Positions 16,093-25,512 of a stretch of DNA of 25,512 nt are shown one piece after another. The stretch comes from Pseudomonadota bacterium (lineage in GTDB: Bacteria > Desulfobacterota > Desulfobacteria > Desulfobacterales > RPRI01), in the NCBI GenBank assembly GCA_043825875.1, contig JBDRRF010000056.1, forward strand, positions 1-25,512. Reading direction: 5' to 3'. How positions within the stretch are numbered: the first letter of the stretch is position 1; the number at the start of each line of letters is the position of its first letter. A model generated the notes under the pieces. The model worked only from the letters and a program-made list of their open reading frames with translations. It searched no databases and had not been told where the DNA came from. The position numbers and the translations under genes were made by a program.

Positions 16093-16593
16093 AATTAAGG
16101 TTCTTCTCCCAATTAGTTGGGAGAAAGGGTCCAAGGGGTCCAGGATTCAAGGATTCAAGTGTTTGTTTTCCAGAGATTTGATCATCGCTTTTAGCATTCT
16201 CTCGATATCCCCGATCTCATCCCTTATTTCCTGAAGCCGGTCTTTTTCCACATAAACCAAGTCACCAGATATCATCATTTGGGTTTCCAATTCACAGACT
16301 GAACCATAAGCAATATATAGAAACCTGACATACTCTAAGGTTGTTTTTCTCCCATATCCCTCGGCTATATTCGATGGTATAGAAACAGCAGATCTTCTGA
16401 TTTGTGAGGTCAAACCATACATTTCATCTTTTGGAAAACGCTTCGTTACTTTATATATATGCAAACAAAGCTTATACGATTTTTGCCAAACGCTTAGCTC
16501 TTTATAATTTTTAAGCATTTCACTCGATTCCTTGAATCCTTGCCCCCTTGAACCCTTCATTTAGATCAACTCTTTTGGAGATGATCCATAAAT
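16093..16593. mobile_element. Inverted-repeat-enclosed cassette carrying a four-helix-bundle gene
   Basis: Inner IR 16125-16161 vs 16521-16557 (32/37, 8-nt periodic); outer IR 16093-16119 vs 16567-16593 (20/27), with a small hairpin at each end. Confidence 0.7.
16147..16518 (-). CDS. Four-helix-bundle protein (23S rRNA intervening-sequence protein / Avd-like family)
   Basis: NYKELSVWQKS...FPKDEMYGLTSQIRRSAVSIPSNIAEGYGR...FLYIAYGSVCELETQ; ATG 16518 lies just inside the inner IR. Confidence 0.9.
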   Translation of the reverse strand: MLKNYKELSVWQKSYKLCLHIYKVTKRFPKDEMYGLTSQIRRSAVSIPSNIAEGYGRKTTLEYVRFLYIAYGSVCELETQMMISGDLVYVEKDRLQEIRDEIGDIERMLKAMIKSLENKHLNP

Positions 16594-16598
16594 AATCC

Positions 16599-17927
16599 CT
16601 ACTTTTTTTTATGCCTGTCGCCGTCTCTTTTCTTGAAAACAAGTTTTACCGGTGTTTTATCAAGTCCTGCACTTAGTCTTATCTGATTTATAAGATATCT
16701 TTTATATGAAAAATGAACAGCCTCAGGAAAATTCACAAAGAAAACAAATGTCGGTGGTTTCACTGAAACCTGGGTCGTATAGAAGAATTTAAGTCTTCTT
16801 CCTTTGTAAAGCGATGGCTCCGTTCTGTTAACGGCAGATTCTAAAATCCTGTTCAATTCTCCGGTGCCGATACGAAATTCATACTGTTTATATACTTCAT
16901 CCACAAGATCAAATATTTTTGAAACCCTAAGCCCTGTCTTTGCTGAAATAGTCATTGCAGGAGCATAACTTAAATATTTGGCGTCATATCTTAACTGTTC
17001 TATAAATTTTTTCTTTGTTTTCTCTCCTTTTTCTACGGTATCCCACTTGTTTAAAAGAAAGATACAGCCGCATTCTCTCTCGTAAGCGTAACCCGCAATA
17101 CTTATATCCTGATCCGTTATACCTTCCGAGGCATCAATAATTATAAGAGCAACATCACATCTATCAAGACTTTTTAAAGCTTTTATAATTGAAAACTTCT
17201 CAATCTTTTTTGATACCTTGCTTTTTCTTCTTATGCCTGCTGTGTCTATAATAAGATACTGCTTTCCTTTTATCTCACAAATAGAATCTACAGCATCACG
17301 GGTCGTACCCGGAACATCGCTTACTATATGCCTTTCTTTACCCAGAATCCGGTTTATTAATGAAGATTTTCCGGCATTGGGCCTTCCGATAACGGCAATT
17401 TTTGTGATATCCTGATATTTTTCATAAACATCTTTTGGAAATATTGCGCAAAGATCATCGAGAAAATCAGAAACTCCATAACCATGCTCTGATGATAAAG
17501 AATATATCTTTTCTAAACCAAGAGAATAAAATTCATATAGGTTGATCTCTTTTTCATCACCATCAATCTTGTTAACAACATAAAAAACAGGTTTGGTAAC
17601 CAATCTTAACATCTGGATAATATCTGCATCAAAAGGAGATACGCCGCTTTTTCCATCAAGCATCATTATGATTGCATCGGCATCATCTATTGATTGCTTT
17701 ACGTGAATGCGAATTTTTGAATTAATATCATCTTCATCATCGGATGCAAACCCGCCTGTATCAACAAGAGTGAATTCAATATCATTCCAGATAGCATCCC
17801 TGTGCATACAATCTCTTGTAACTCCCGGGAAATTATCAACTATGGCATCTTTAGTTTTTGTAACCCGGTTAAAAAAGGTCGATTTGCCGACATTTGGTCT
17901 GCCGATTATAGTAACAACAGGTTTCAT
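16599..17927 (-). CDS. der: Ribosome biogenesis GTPase Der (EngA)
   Basis: Two GTPase domains: GRPNVGKS/DTGG/NKID and GRPNAGKS/DTAG/NKWD; KH-like C-terminal domain. Confidence 0.96.
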   Translation of the reverse strand: MKPVVTIIGRPNVGKSTFFNRVTKTKDAIVDNFPGVTRDCMHRDAIWNDIEFTLVDTGGFASDDEDDINSKIRIHVKQSIDDADAIIMMLDGKSGVSPFDADIIQMLRLVTKPVFYVVNKIDGDEKEINLYEFYSLGLEKIYSLSSEHGYGVSDFLDDLCAIFPKDVYEKYQDITKIAVIGRPNAGKSSLINRILGKERHIVSDVPGTTRDAVDSICEIKGKQYLIIDTAGIRRKSKVSKKIEKFSIIKALKSLDRCDVALIIIDASEGITDQDISIAGYAYERECGCIFLLNKWDTVEKGEKTKKKFIEQLRYDAKYLSYAPAMTISAKTGLRVSKIFDLVDEVYKQYEFRIGTGELNRILESAVNRTEPSLYKGRRLKFFYTTQVSVKPPTFVFFVNFPEAVHFSYKRYLINQIRLSAGLDKTPVKLVFKKRDGDRHKKK

Positions 17928-17952
17928 TTATTTTAGGAATCCTCTTAACAAT

Positions 17953-20900
17953 TCAAGTATTTTGTGCTTTAGGTTCGGGATGAAATAATGAATAAACAGC
18001 CGGAATAAGTACTAGTGTGATAAGTGTTGATCCGGCAAGGCCTCCGATAACCGCACGCGCCAGGGGAGCCTGTGCGTCAGCACCTTCTCCGATACCAAAA
18101 GCCAAAGGCATCAGACCCAGGATCGTTGTAAGCGTTGTCATCAGAATCGGTCGTAATCTGCGCCGACCCGCCTCAGTCATGGCTTCTCGTGTGCGCATTC
18201 CGCCTCTTACCAATTGTCCGGCCTGGTCAACCAGTAAAATTGCATTATTGACCACAATTCCTCCCAGCATTATACAACCTATATATGACTGAACATTTAA
18301 AGTGGTGTTTGTGATAAAAAGTGTAATAAGCACCCCAACTCCCGCAAGCGGTACTGATAACATAACAACCAGCGGATCACGAAACGACTCATATTGACAT
18401 GCCAGCACCATATAAACAAGAACAAGCGCCAGAATAAGCGAAATTATAAGCTCGCCAAAAGCTTTTTGCTGTTCCTCGAAATTTCCGGCTACTATAAGAT
18501 CATAACCGACGGGACGGGCAATTTTCTCCAATCGGGTTTTCACATCCAAAGCTACAGATCCAAGATCGCGTCCTGCCACGTTTGCCTGAACAGTCACGTA
18601 TCGCTGTTGATCCTTACGATCGATCAGAAGCGGACCCCGGCCAGATTCCGTAGTAACAACATTGTGCAATGTTACCTGTTCTCCGGATGCGGTTGTCAGT
18701 GTAAGGTTGAGGATTTCGTTTATGGAAAGTTTCTCGGCATCTTTAAGCTGCACTAAAATGCGATAGGCATTGCCTTCCGTGCGGTATTCTCCGGCTTTGG
18801 AACCGGCCACTGCAGTTTCTAACAACCGGGTCACATCCCGCACACTTAAGCCAAGATCGGCTACTTTATTCCGGTCAACCTGAATTTCCTGCTGGGGAAT
18901 ACCGGCTTCAAGACTGGTCTGAACATCCGTAATTCCCGGCACATCGGTAATAGTTTTCGACACACGCCTGGCCAGGGCATTTAGCGTATCAAGTTCGTAA
19001 CCTCGAATTTCAATGCTAAGCCCTTCATCACCTCCAAGGATTCGTTCGAGCATAAACTGCCCCTGGGGTGCACGAACGCGTATTTCCATACCCGGAACGC
19101 AACCTTTTAATTTTAGACGAAGGTCTTCGGCTATTTCCACGTTTGAACGTTTCCGTTTAGCCGATGACAGCAAAGACAGGCGAATTTCACCTTCAGACGC
19201 TTCATTGGCCCGCCAGCCTGCGGCTCCCACACTTACAACCGAAGCCACCGCTTCAGGCACGGCAGGGTTTACAATCTTCTCCATTACCTGCGTTTGTTGA
19301 TCAACAAGCTCCAACCTGGTTCCGATTTCCATTTTGCCATTAACACGGACTTCACCTTCATCACTCGGGGGAAGAAATTCACTGCCGATAAAAGGCAAAA
19401 AAAGCAAGCTCATACCAAGTACAGCTAAAGTCAGAATAACCGTAACCATACGGTGATTTAATGCCTTATCCAACAATTTAAGATAGGTATTAGTAAGGCC
19501 GGGAAGAAAATTGCCGGAAGCAAATGCCAATTTATTCATTCCGGTTTTATTCTCTTTTTCCAACTCCTTACTTGTGTTTAAAAACCTTGACGCCAACATA
19601 GGAACCAAAGTTAGTGATACTGCAAGCGAACATATCAGGGAAAAGATTATTACGTATGCCAGCTCCTTAAAAAGGATTCCCGATACACCACGAACAAACA
19701 CCAGCGGCAGGAAAATAACAAAAGTTGTGATAGTGCTTGCAACAATTGCAGCTGCAACTTCCAAAGTTCCTTTAACCGCTGCATCAGCCGGAGTCTCCCC
19801 GCTTTCACTGCTGCGGCGGAAAATATTTTCCAAAACTACGATGGAACTGTCAACCATCATTCCAACACCAAGCGCAAGACCACCTAATGTCATAAGATTG
19901 AGCGTAAATCCGCCAAAATACATCAGGGCAAAAGTAGCAATGATCGAAATGGGAATCGAAAGTGAAATAACTAAAGTACTTCTGATGTTTCGCAAAAAAA
20001 GAAGAAGAACCAGAATCGCCAGGCCACCTCCGTATAATACCGAGCGGGCAACATTTGCGATAGAGCGTTCAATGAAATTGCCCTGATTGATAACCGGGAC
20101 TATATTGATCTGAGGAAAAGCTTTGTTGACCGCCTTAATTTCGTCAAGGATACGTTTGGAAACCTCAACAGTATTAGCATTAGCCTGCTTGCGAATGGCA
20201 ACACGCAATCCACGACCACCATTAACCCGTATGATACGCTTTAGCTTCTCATAAGTATCTTTGACTTCTGCAACTTGACCAAGGGTTACCACTGCATCTT
20301 CGCGCCGGACAATAACTGTGTTTCGAATCTGATCAAGATTTGTAAATTCAGCCGGAGCGCGAAGCATTACCTCATAACTTCCCTGCTCAATCTTTCCTGC
20401 GGGAAGATCCAGATTAGCGTCACGAATGGATTCAAGCACACGGTCAAGCGGCAGTCCCAATGCTTTTATCCGTTCAGGATCAAGTTCGATCCTGACTTCC
20501 CTGTTAAATCCCCCCCAGAGATCAACCTGCGCCACACCAGGAATGCGCGCAAACCTGTATCGAATCTGGACTTCTATCAACTCTGTAAGTTCTACCGGAT
20601 CAAGATTACTGGAAATTCCAAGTAATACTACCGGGAAACTGGCAATGTCGAACTTTCGGATACGTGGTCTTACAATATCGTCAGGCAATTCATTGATTTC
20701 ATCTTCCAACTTGCCCTGAACATCGATTGCCGCAGTGTCGATTTTAGTACCCCATGCAAAGCTGACCCGAACCGTGCTGTTACCTTCCGAGGATGTGGAT
20801 GTCATTTCTTCCACGCCGGGTACGGTAGCAACAATCTCTTCAATGATCTGGGTCACCAGTCGCTCCATTACTTCGGGACTGGCACCATCGTATTGTGTGC

Positions 20901-21042
20901 GGATGGTCAATGTGGGCAGTTCAATATTAGGCAACATGTCAATCTGTAGGCGGCTTAAGGAAAAGGCCCCGAGGATCACAACGATAAGAGTCACCATGGT
21001 CGTAAAGATAGGACGCCGAACGCTGAATCCTGGAAGGTTCAT
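17953..21042 (-). CDS. RND efflux permease, AcrB/AcrD/AcrF family
   Basis: 1029 aa; [26 protein letters not shown] and [12 protein letters not shown] motifs. Confidence 0.93.
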   Translation of the reverse strand: MNLPGFSVRRPIFTTMVTLIVVILGAFSLSRLQIDMLPNIELPTLTIRTQYDGASPEVMERLVTQIIEEIVATVPGVEEMTSTSSEGNSTVRVSFAWGTKIDTAAIDVQGKLEDEINELPDDIVRPRIRKFDIASFPVVLLGISSNLDPVELTELIEVQIRYRFARIPGVAQVDLWGGFNREVRIELDPERIKALGLPLDRVLESIRDANLDLPAGKIEQGSYEVMLRAPAEFTNLDQIRNTVIVRREDAVVTLGQVAEVKDTYEKLKRIIRVNGGRGLRVAIRKQANANTVEVSKRILDEIKAVNKAFPQINIVPVINQGNFIERSIANVARSVLYGGGLAILVLLLFLRNIRSTLVISLSIPISIIATFALMYFGGFTLNLMTLGGLALGVGMMVDSSIVVLENIFRRSSESGETPADAAVKGTLEVAAAIVASTITTFVIFLPLVFVRGVSGILFKELAYVIIFSLICSLAVSLTLVPMLASRFLNTSKELEKENKTGMNKLAFASGNFLPGLTNTYLKLLDKALNHRMVTVILTLAVLGMSLLFLPFIGSEFLPPSDEGEVRVNGKMEIGTRLELVDQQTQVMEKIVNPAVPEAVASVVSVGAAGWRANEASEGEIRLSLLSSAKRKRSNVEIAEDLRLKLKGCVPGMEIRVRAPQGQFMLERILGGDEGLSIEIRGYELDTLNALARRVSKTITDVPGITDVQTSLEAGIPQQEIQVDRNKVADLGLSVRDVTRLLETAVAGSKAGEYRTEGNAYRILVQLKDAEKLSINEILNLTLTTASGEQVTLHNVVTTESGRGPLLIDRKDQQRYVTVQANVAGRDLGSVALDVKTRLEKIARPVGYDLIVAGNFEEQQKAFGELIISLILALVLVYMVLACQYESFRDPLVVMLSVPLAGVGVLITLFITNTTLNVQSYIGCIMLGGIVVNNAILLVDQAGQLVRGGMRTREAMTEAGRRRLRPILMTTLTTILGLMPLAFGIGEGADAQAPLARAVIGGLAGSTLITLVLIPAVYSLFHPEPKAQNT

Positions 21043-22250
21043 TTTAAATCGCTCTCCTTGCGACCGGAAACACTTTTATGCTGATTGGACCCAATAATGA
21101 TTGCTGAGCCATCTTTGACCAGCTGCTGCCCAAGTGTCACGACCCTGCCGGACAACTCTTCCCCTTCCACCTGGACGCGGTCTCCGTCGATGATACCTGT
21201 CTTTACCTCGCACCAGGCAACAGACTTCCCGTCTTCACTAACGATAAAAATCCCGGACTTATCATTACGAGTGGTTAAGGCTTGTTGCGGAATAATCGTA
21301 GCCTCCGGCACTTTTTCCAGAACCACTATTGTTCTTATAAACATACCGGGTTTTAGACGATGACGGGGATTTTCGATGATCATTTCCACTCTTGCCTGCC
21401 GGGTGGATTTTTTAAAAACAGGAGCTATGCGATCTATCTTGCCCTGAAACTCTTCACCTGGATAGGCGTCTGTAGTTAATGATATTATCTGGCCGGGCTT
21501 AAGACGTGCGTAGTCTTTTTCACTGACAAAAACAACCCCGATGATAGGATCGAGTTCAACAATCAACAGCAACTGTGCGTTTGCCGCAACAGTCTGGCCT
21601 TCATCAAGATATCGCGCAGCAACAATGCGATGCTCGTTACCGCCTGTCCAGCCTGCCGTAACCTTGGTGTATCCAAGCCGGATATTTGCTGTTTTGAGCG
21701 ATGAATTCGCCTTTATCACCTGTGCCTCAGCAACTTCGAGTTCTGCCTGTTTCGCCATTTGATCCGCTCTGGCTGAATCGAACTCGGAATCGGATGCGAT
21801 TCCCCGCTCAAGAAGAGACTCGGTACGCGCAAACTCCCGATGCGAAATATCTAAATTACTTTTTGATCTTGCCAGAATGGCCTTTGCCACCAACAGATCG
21901 GCTTTTGCCTGGGCAACAGCTTGAACATATTCATCATTATCTAATTCAGCAATAAGCTGGCCGCGCTTAACGGTATCGGAAAGATTTACGAACAGCTTTT
22001 CAACGCGTCCGCTCACTTTAGGTGAAACAACAAACTCGGACAAAGCCTCCAGCGTTCCGCTAAAAGTCCGCCGCAAAACTATCGGGCCACGCTGAATCTG
22101 AGCCACCTCAACCGGCTGGGGCTGTAAAGCCTTATCTTTTTCACCGGATTCGGTCTTATCCCGAAGTTGGTTGAAGATCAGAACGCTTAATCCTGCAATA
22201 ATACCAAACAAAATAACTGCAATAATAATTTTAGACCTGCCCGATTTCAT
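21039..22250 (-). CDS. RND periplasmic adaptor (membrane fusion protein)
   Basis: N-terminal TM segment; [30 protein letters not shown] lipoyl half, coiled coil, LKPGMF. Start taken at ATG 22250; overlaps the permease start. Confidence 0.9.
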   Translation of the reverse strand: MKSGRSKIIIAVILFGIIAGLSVLIFNQLRDKTESGEKDKALQPQPVEVAQIQRGPIVLRRTFSGTLEALSEFVVSPKVSGRVEKLFVNLSDTVKRGQLIAELDNDEYVQAVAQAKADLLVAKAILARSKSNLDISHREFARTESLLERGIASDSEFDSARADQMAKQAELEVAEAQVIKANSSLKTANIRLGYTKVTAGWTGGNEHRIVAARYLDEGQTVAANAQLLLIVELDPIIGVVFVSEKDYARLKPGQIISLTTDAYPGEEFQGKIDRIAPVFKKSTRQARVEMIIENPRHRLKPGMFIRTIVVLEKVPEATIIPQQALTTRNDKSGIFIVSEDGKSVAWCEVKTGIIDGDRVQVEGEELSGRVVTLGQQLVKDGSAIIIGSNQHKSVSGRKESDLK

Positions 22251-22426
22251 TTTAAAACCATCCCCATTGGTATTTATATTATATAGGATTTTGCACTTTT
22301 GGGGTAAATATTGCAACAAAATTACTTGGGACTGATTATTTTAGGCTTTATCAATTATTGGTAATACTGTTATAGTATGTGCAAAATAATTTTGTTGTTT
22401 TAGTGCTTTAATAATTTTATATGATA

Positions 22427-22568
22427 GAGCCACTTTCAAAACGTTTCAGTTTGGTCAAGCTCAAGGCGGGAGAGGATTTCAACCACAGGAATACATTGAG
22501 TATTTCGAGGATTGAAATTTGAGCCCAACGCAGAGATCGGCCAAAATGGGGCGTTTTGAAACTGGCTC
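22427..22568 (-). mobile_element. 142-bp MITE-like palindromic element, copy 2 (inverted), with 4-bp flanking duplication GATA
   Basis: Ends GAGCCACTTTCAAAACG / CGTTTTGAAACTGGCTC (16/17); GATA at 22423-22426 and 22569-22572; 22481-22513 is the reverse complement of 10327-10359. Confidence 0.8.
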
Positions 22569-22631
22569 GATAAGATGTTTGATATCGTTTGATAAAAGCA
22601 CCAAAATCATATTCAGAAAGGCTGGAATTTC

Positions 22632-24257
22632 TTGCGCCATATTTTTAAAATCCTTGCACTCAGCGGATTACTGCTGACATCTGTAAATTTTGCCCTGTTT
22701 GAAAAATGGATTGCTCAAGCAGCAGAAGAACCGGATGTACAGTCCGATACATCAATGTATGTTCAATCGGAACCCATTTTCAAACGGGAAGAAATTACAT
22801 TACAAACAGTACCGTCATCTTCCTTAAAAATCACCCTTACCGAGGCTATTTTACTTTCACTTGAAAACAACCGTTCACTTGTAGTGGAAAGATTGAATCC
22901 TTCGATTAAGAACACTTTTGAAGATCAGGAAAAAGCTGTGTTTGATCCGGAAACAAACGCAGAACTTTCTATAGGAAGAGAAAAAGCAGAACGCCTTGCA
23001 AGATCCGGTTCCGAAACCGAAAGTTTCACCAGAGATACAACAGACGGTGTCATTTCTCTTGAAAAGTTTTTTTCTACCGGCACAACAGTTGCCATAGAGG
23101 GAAGTACGCAACGGACGGCTTCCACCTTGTATCAGGACAATTTTTATTCGACCCGTTTAGGCATGACAATTACTCAGGCGCTTCTCAAAGGATACGGAAC
23201 GGATGTCAACCTCGCCCGATTGCAGCAGGCTCGCCTGGATACGCGTATGTCAGAATACGAATTGAGAGGTTTTACAGAGTCTCTGATAGCTGAAGTGGAA
23301 CGAACCTTTTGGGACTATGCGCTGGCCGGACGCCAAATCGAGATTGTTGAAGAATCCCTTAAGGTGGCCCGCCAGCAGCTAAATGAAACAAAAGAACTGA
23401 TCGAAGTCGGCCGATTGGCCAATGCTGAATTGGCGGCTGTTCAAGCCGAGGTTGCAGGACAAGAACAGGCACTGATTGATGCCGGAAGCAATAAAGAAAC
23501 TACCCGTTTAAAACTGCTGCGACTACTAAATCCTGCGGGCCCCGGTCTGTGGACACGGGAAGTCGATCTAATCTATCAGCCAACCCTGCCTGATATCAAA
23601 CTTGAAAATGTTGAGCTTCATGTAGCCGTGTCAATGCGCATGAGTCCGATTTTAAACGAAGCCAGGTTAAAAATCCTGCGCGGTGATTTAGATCTTGTCC
23701 AAACTAAAAACGGGTTGCTTCCGCTAATGGATCTTTTTGTAACACTAGGTAAAAGCGGTTACGCAAATTCATTCGGCAAATCCATTAGCAGTCTCGATAA
23801 AGACAGCTATGACGCACTTGCAGGCATTCGATTCAATTATCCCCTGTTTAACCGGGATGCAAAGGCTCAGCATCAAAGAGCATTACTGAGCCGTAAGCAG
23901 GCGGACAAAGCGCTTGAAAACCTTTCACAGCTTGTTGAAGTTGATGTTCACACCGCATACATTGAAGTCAACCGCAGCAAAAAACAGATTGCCGCATCTT
24001 CGGCTACCCGTAGATTCAATGAGGAAAAACATCGTATCGAAACCGAAAAACTTAGAGTAGGAAAATCAACCAGCTTTCTTGTCGCTCAGGCTCAGCGGGA
24101 TCTTTTGGCCAGCAAGATAGCAGAAGTCAGGGCTCTTGCAAACTACCTTCAGGCACTGGTCGACCTCTACCGGCTGGATGGTTCACTGCTCGAACGCAAG
24201 GGCATTTCTGTTCCCGGCCGAGAAACAGTAAATCTCTCAAAAGAACAAAGGAGATAA
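22632..24257 (+). CDS. TolC-family outer membrane efflux protein
   Basis: Signal peptide; ITLTEAILLSLENN and LRVGKSTSFLVAQAQRDL OEP repeats; TTG start uncertain. Confidence 0.88.
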   Translation: MRHIFKILALSGLLLTSVNFALFEKWIAQAAEEPDVQSDTSMYVQSEPIFKREEITLQTVPSSSLKITLTEAILLSLENNRSLVVERLNPSIKNTFEDQEKAVFDPETNAELSIGREKAERLARSGSETESFTRDTTDGVISLEKFFSTGTTVAIEGSTQRTASTLYQDNFYSTRLGMTITQALLKGYGTDVNLARLQQARLDTRMSEYELRGFTESLIAEVERTFWDYALAGRQIEIVEESLKVARQQLNETKELIEVGRLANAELAAVQAEVAGQEQALIDAGSNKETTRLKLLRLLNPAGPGLWTREVDLIYQPTLPDIKLENVELHVAVSMRMSPILNEARLKILRGDLDLVQTKNGLLPLMDLFVTLGKSGYANSFGKSISSLDKDSYDALAGIRFNYPLFNRDAKAQHQRALLSRKQADKALENLSQLVEVDVHTAYIEVNRSKKQIAASSATRRFNEEKHRIETEKLRVGKSTSFLVAQAQRDLLASKIAEVRALANYLQALVDLYRLDGSLLERKGISVPGRETVNLSKEQRR

Positions 24258-24262
24258 TATTT

Positions 24263-25168
24263 ATGGAACAAAATTTATCTTACGACTCTCGCCAAAGAGT
24301 CCAAAAAACAATCCGTCATGAAGCAACAGACAGAATTCCAAGAGGTGAACTTTGCATAGCAGATGCTGTAATAAGCCGTGAATTAAATTGCTCCAATGTC
24401 GGTTTTGATGAAAGACTTTTATTTGCCAATCAAATCGGACTCGATATTATTACTGTTTCACCGGTTTTTAAATACGGAAAAGAAAAGCTTCCAAGCCCAG
24501 GTGATTCAAACTGGCCTGATATTGAAAAATGGTGCAACAACACTTCTCTGTTTACTTTTGCTCTTATTAACGGTGCGTTGGAAACAGGCATGAAGATACA
24601 CGGATGGGCTGATTTTTTAAAAATTATAAGAAAATCGCCTCAAACTCTTCTGGCATTTATTGATGAAGTGGAAAAGCTTAATATTTCAATGTTTAAAGAA
24701 GTTGCACAAAAGGGTATTGACGGTATTATACTTGCAGACGATGTTGCATATGCCAAAGGGCTTTTAGTAAATCCAAAAATTCTCCGGCAATATTTTTTCC
24801 CTTCTCTTGCAAGACAAGTTGAAGAAATAAAGCGCCTGGGCCTTTTTGCTTTCTTTCATTCAGACGGCGACTATCAGGAAATTATTCCCGAAATAGTTGA
24901 TATAAATTTTGATGGGATTCAATGTATAGAAAAACGATGCGGCATGGATACTGCCAAGCTACAGGAAGAATATGGAGACAGAATTTGCCTGTGGGGAAGC
25001 ATTGATATTGAAGATACAGTTAGAGCACATGAGGCGGATAATTTAAAGACAATTACAGATTCGCTTAAAAGCTTGCAAAAAAAAGGCCTTATATTCGGCA
25101 CTAACAACGGCCTTTACGAAGTAACTGACATTGCAGGCCTGAAGGCAATTTACCAGTTATTGTATTAA
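24263..25168 (+). CDS. Uroporphyrinogen decarboxylase-family protein (UroD/MtbA-like fold), substrate unknown
   Basis: DRIP N-terminus; GIDGIILADDVA, FFHSDG, YGDRICLWGSID, LIFG. Confidence 0.75.
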   Translation: MEQNLSYDSRQRVQKTIRHEATDRIPRGELCIADAVISRELNCSNVGFDERLLFANQIGLDIITVSPVFKYGKEKLPSPGDSNWPDIEKWCNNTSLFTFALINGALETGMKIHGWADFLKIIRKSPQTLLAFIDEVEKLNISMFKEVAQKGIDGIILADDVAYAKGLLVNPKILRQYFFPSLARQVEEIKRLGLFAFFHSDGDYQEIIPEIVDINFDGIQCIEKRCGMDTAKLQEEYGDRICLWGSIDIEDTVRAHEADNLKTITDSLKSLQKKGLIFGTNNGLYEVTDIAGLKAIYQLLY

Positions 25169-25320
25169 ATCGAGTTTGATAATCGAGCCAGTGTTCAGTA
25201 CATGGTATAGACAAAATATACTCAAGTTGACAATCCGGGGCAAACTCAAGAAACTGTTTTCATTAGGGTGTTATTCTGACAAATGCCACAAAACAAGATA
25301 ACTGTATTTGGAGAAAACAC

Positions 25321-25389
25321 CTCACTAATTCCTCCTTAACAAAAGGATTGTCTCACTAATTCCCCCTTAGGAAAAGGGGGATAAAGGGG
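25321..25389. repeat. Tandem REP-like CCCCTT...AAGGGG hairpins
   Basis: CTCACTAATTCCYCCTTA at 25321 and 25352; stem TCCCCCTT-AGGAA-AAGGGGGA at 25361-25381, followed by TAAAGGGG. Confidence 0.6.
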
Positions 25390-25512
25390 CATAAGCGCTA
25401 ACTTAACGAATCGTCCTCCCAGCCTTCAATTTGAAATGAGCGCTTACGAGGAGGTTCTCTTAGCCTGCTTGAGATTGCATGCCAGTTTTCGATACATTGA
25501 TACAAGCTCAGA
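25390..25512 (-). mobile_element. End of a probable IS4-family element (terminal IR plus transposase C-terminus), truncated by the window
   Basis: CATAAGCGCTAACTTAA fits the CAT-N7-AACTTAA end pattern of IS231-like IS4 elements; the minus-strand frame LSLYQCIENWHAISSRLREPPRKRSFQIEGWEDDSLS* stops inside that IR (25398-25400). Confidence 0.65.

Noticed and set aside
16147..16518. Diversity-generating retroelement or rRNA intervening sequence
   Set aside because: Avd-like fold only; no reverse transcriptase, no TR/VR pair with adenine-specific mismatches, and no rRNA gene around it.
16072..16560. N-terminal extensions of RarA (from 16134) and of the four-helix protein (from 16560)
   Set aside because: Both extensions are translations of the inverted-repeat arms; family-typical starts are at 16071 and 16518.
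17953..23125. Numerous antisense ORFs within the RND, adaptor and TolC genes (likewise within der, rarA, the flippase and the FrhB-like gene)
   Set aside because: Shadow frames opposite well-supported genes, with no recognisable motifs.

Overview
AT-rich bacterial chromosome segment; the gene content and repeat style suggest a deltaproteobacterium/Desulfobacterota (inference only). From left to right: (1) the 3' part of a large surface protein ending in a poly-Gly + CFI-box C-terminal sorting tail; (2) four polysaccharide-locus genes (GNAT/CelD-like, FrhB-like Fe-S protein, Wzx-type flippase, hexapeptide O-acetyltransferase); (3) an orphan CFI-box tail remnant; (4) about 6.3 kb holding seven different co-oriented type II toxin-antitoxin modules (five PIN/VapC, one of them internally deleted, and two RelE/ParE), embedded in a mosaic scaffold of related non-coding repeats and bracketed by ~310-bp direct repeats, with no integrase or transposase beside it; (5) an exosortase; (6) on the minus strand rarA, a four-helix-bundle gene enclosed in nested inverted repeats, der (engA) and an RND pump with its adaptor; (7) a divergent TolC-family gene and a UroD-family gene; (8) a REP-like hairpin directly abutting the end of an IS4-family element. 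Two copies of a 142-bp whole-length hairpin element with compensatory base changes are also present. The best candidate for an undescribed system is the repeat-scaffolded TA cassette array, together with the periodic inverted-repeat pattern it shares with the four-helix-bundle cassette.
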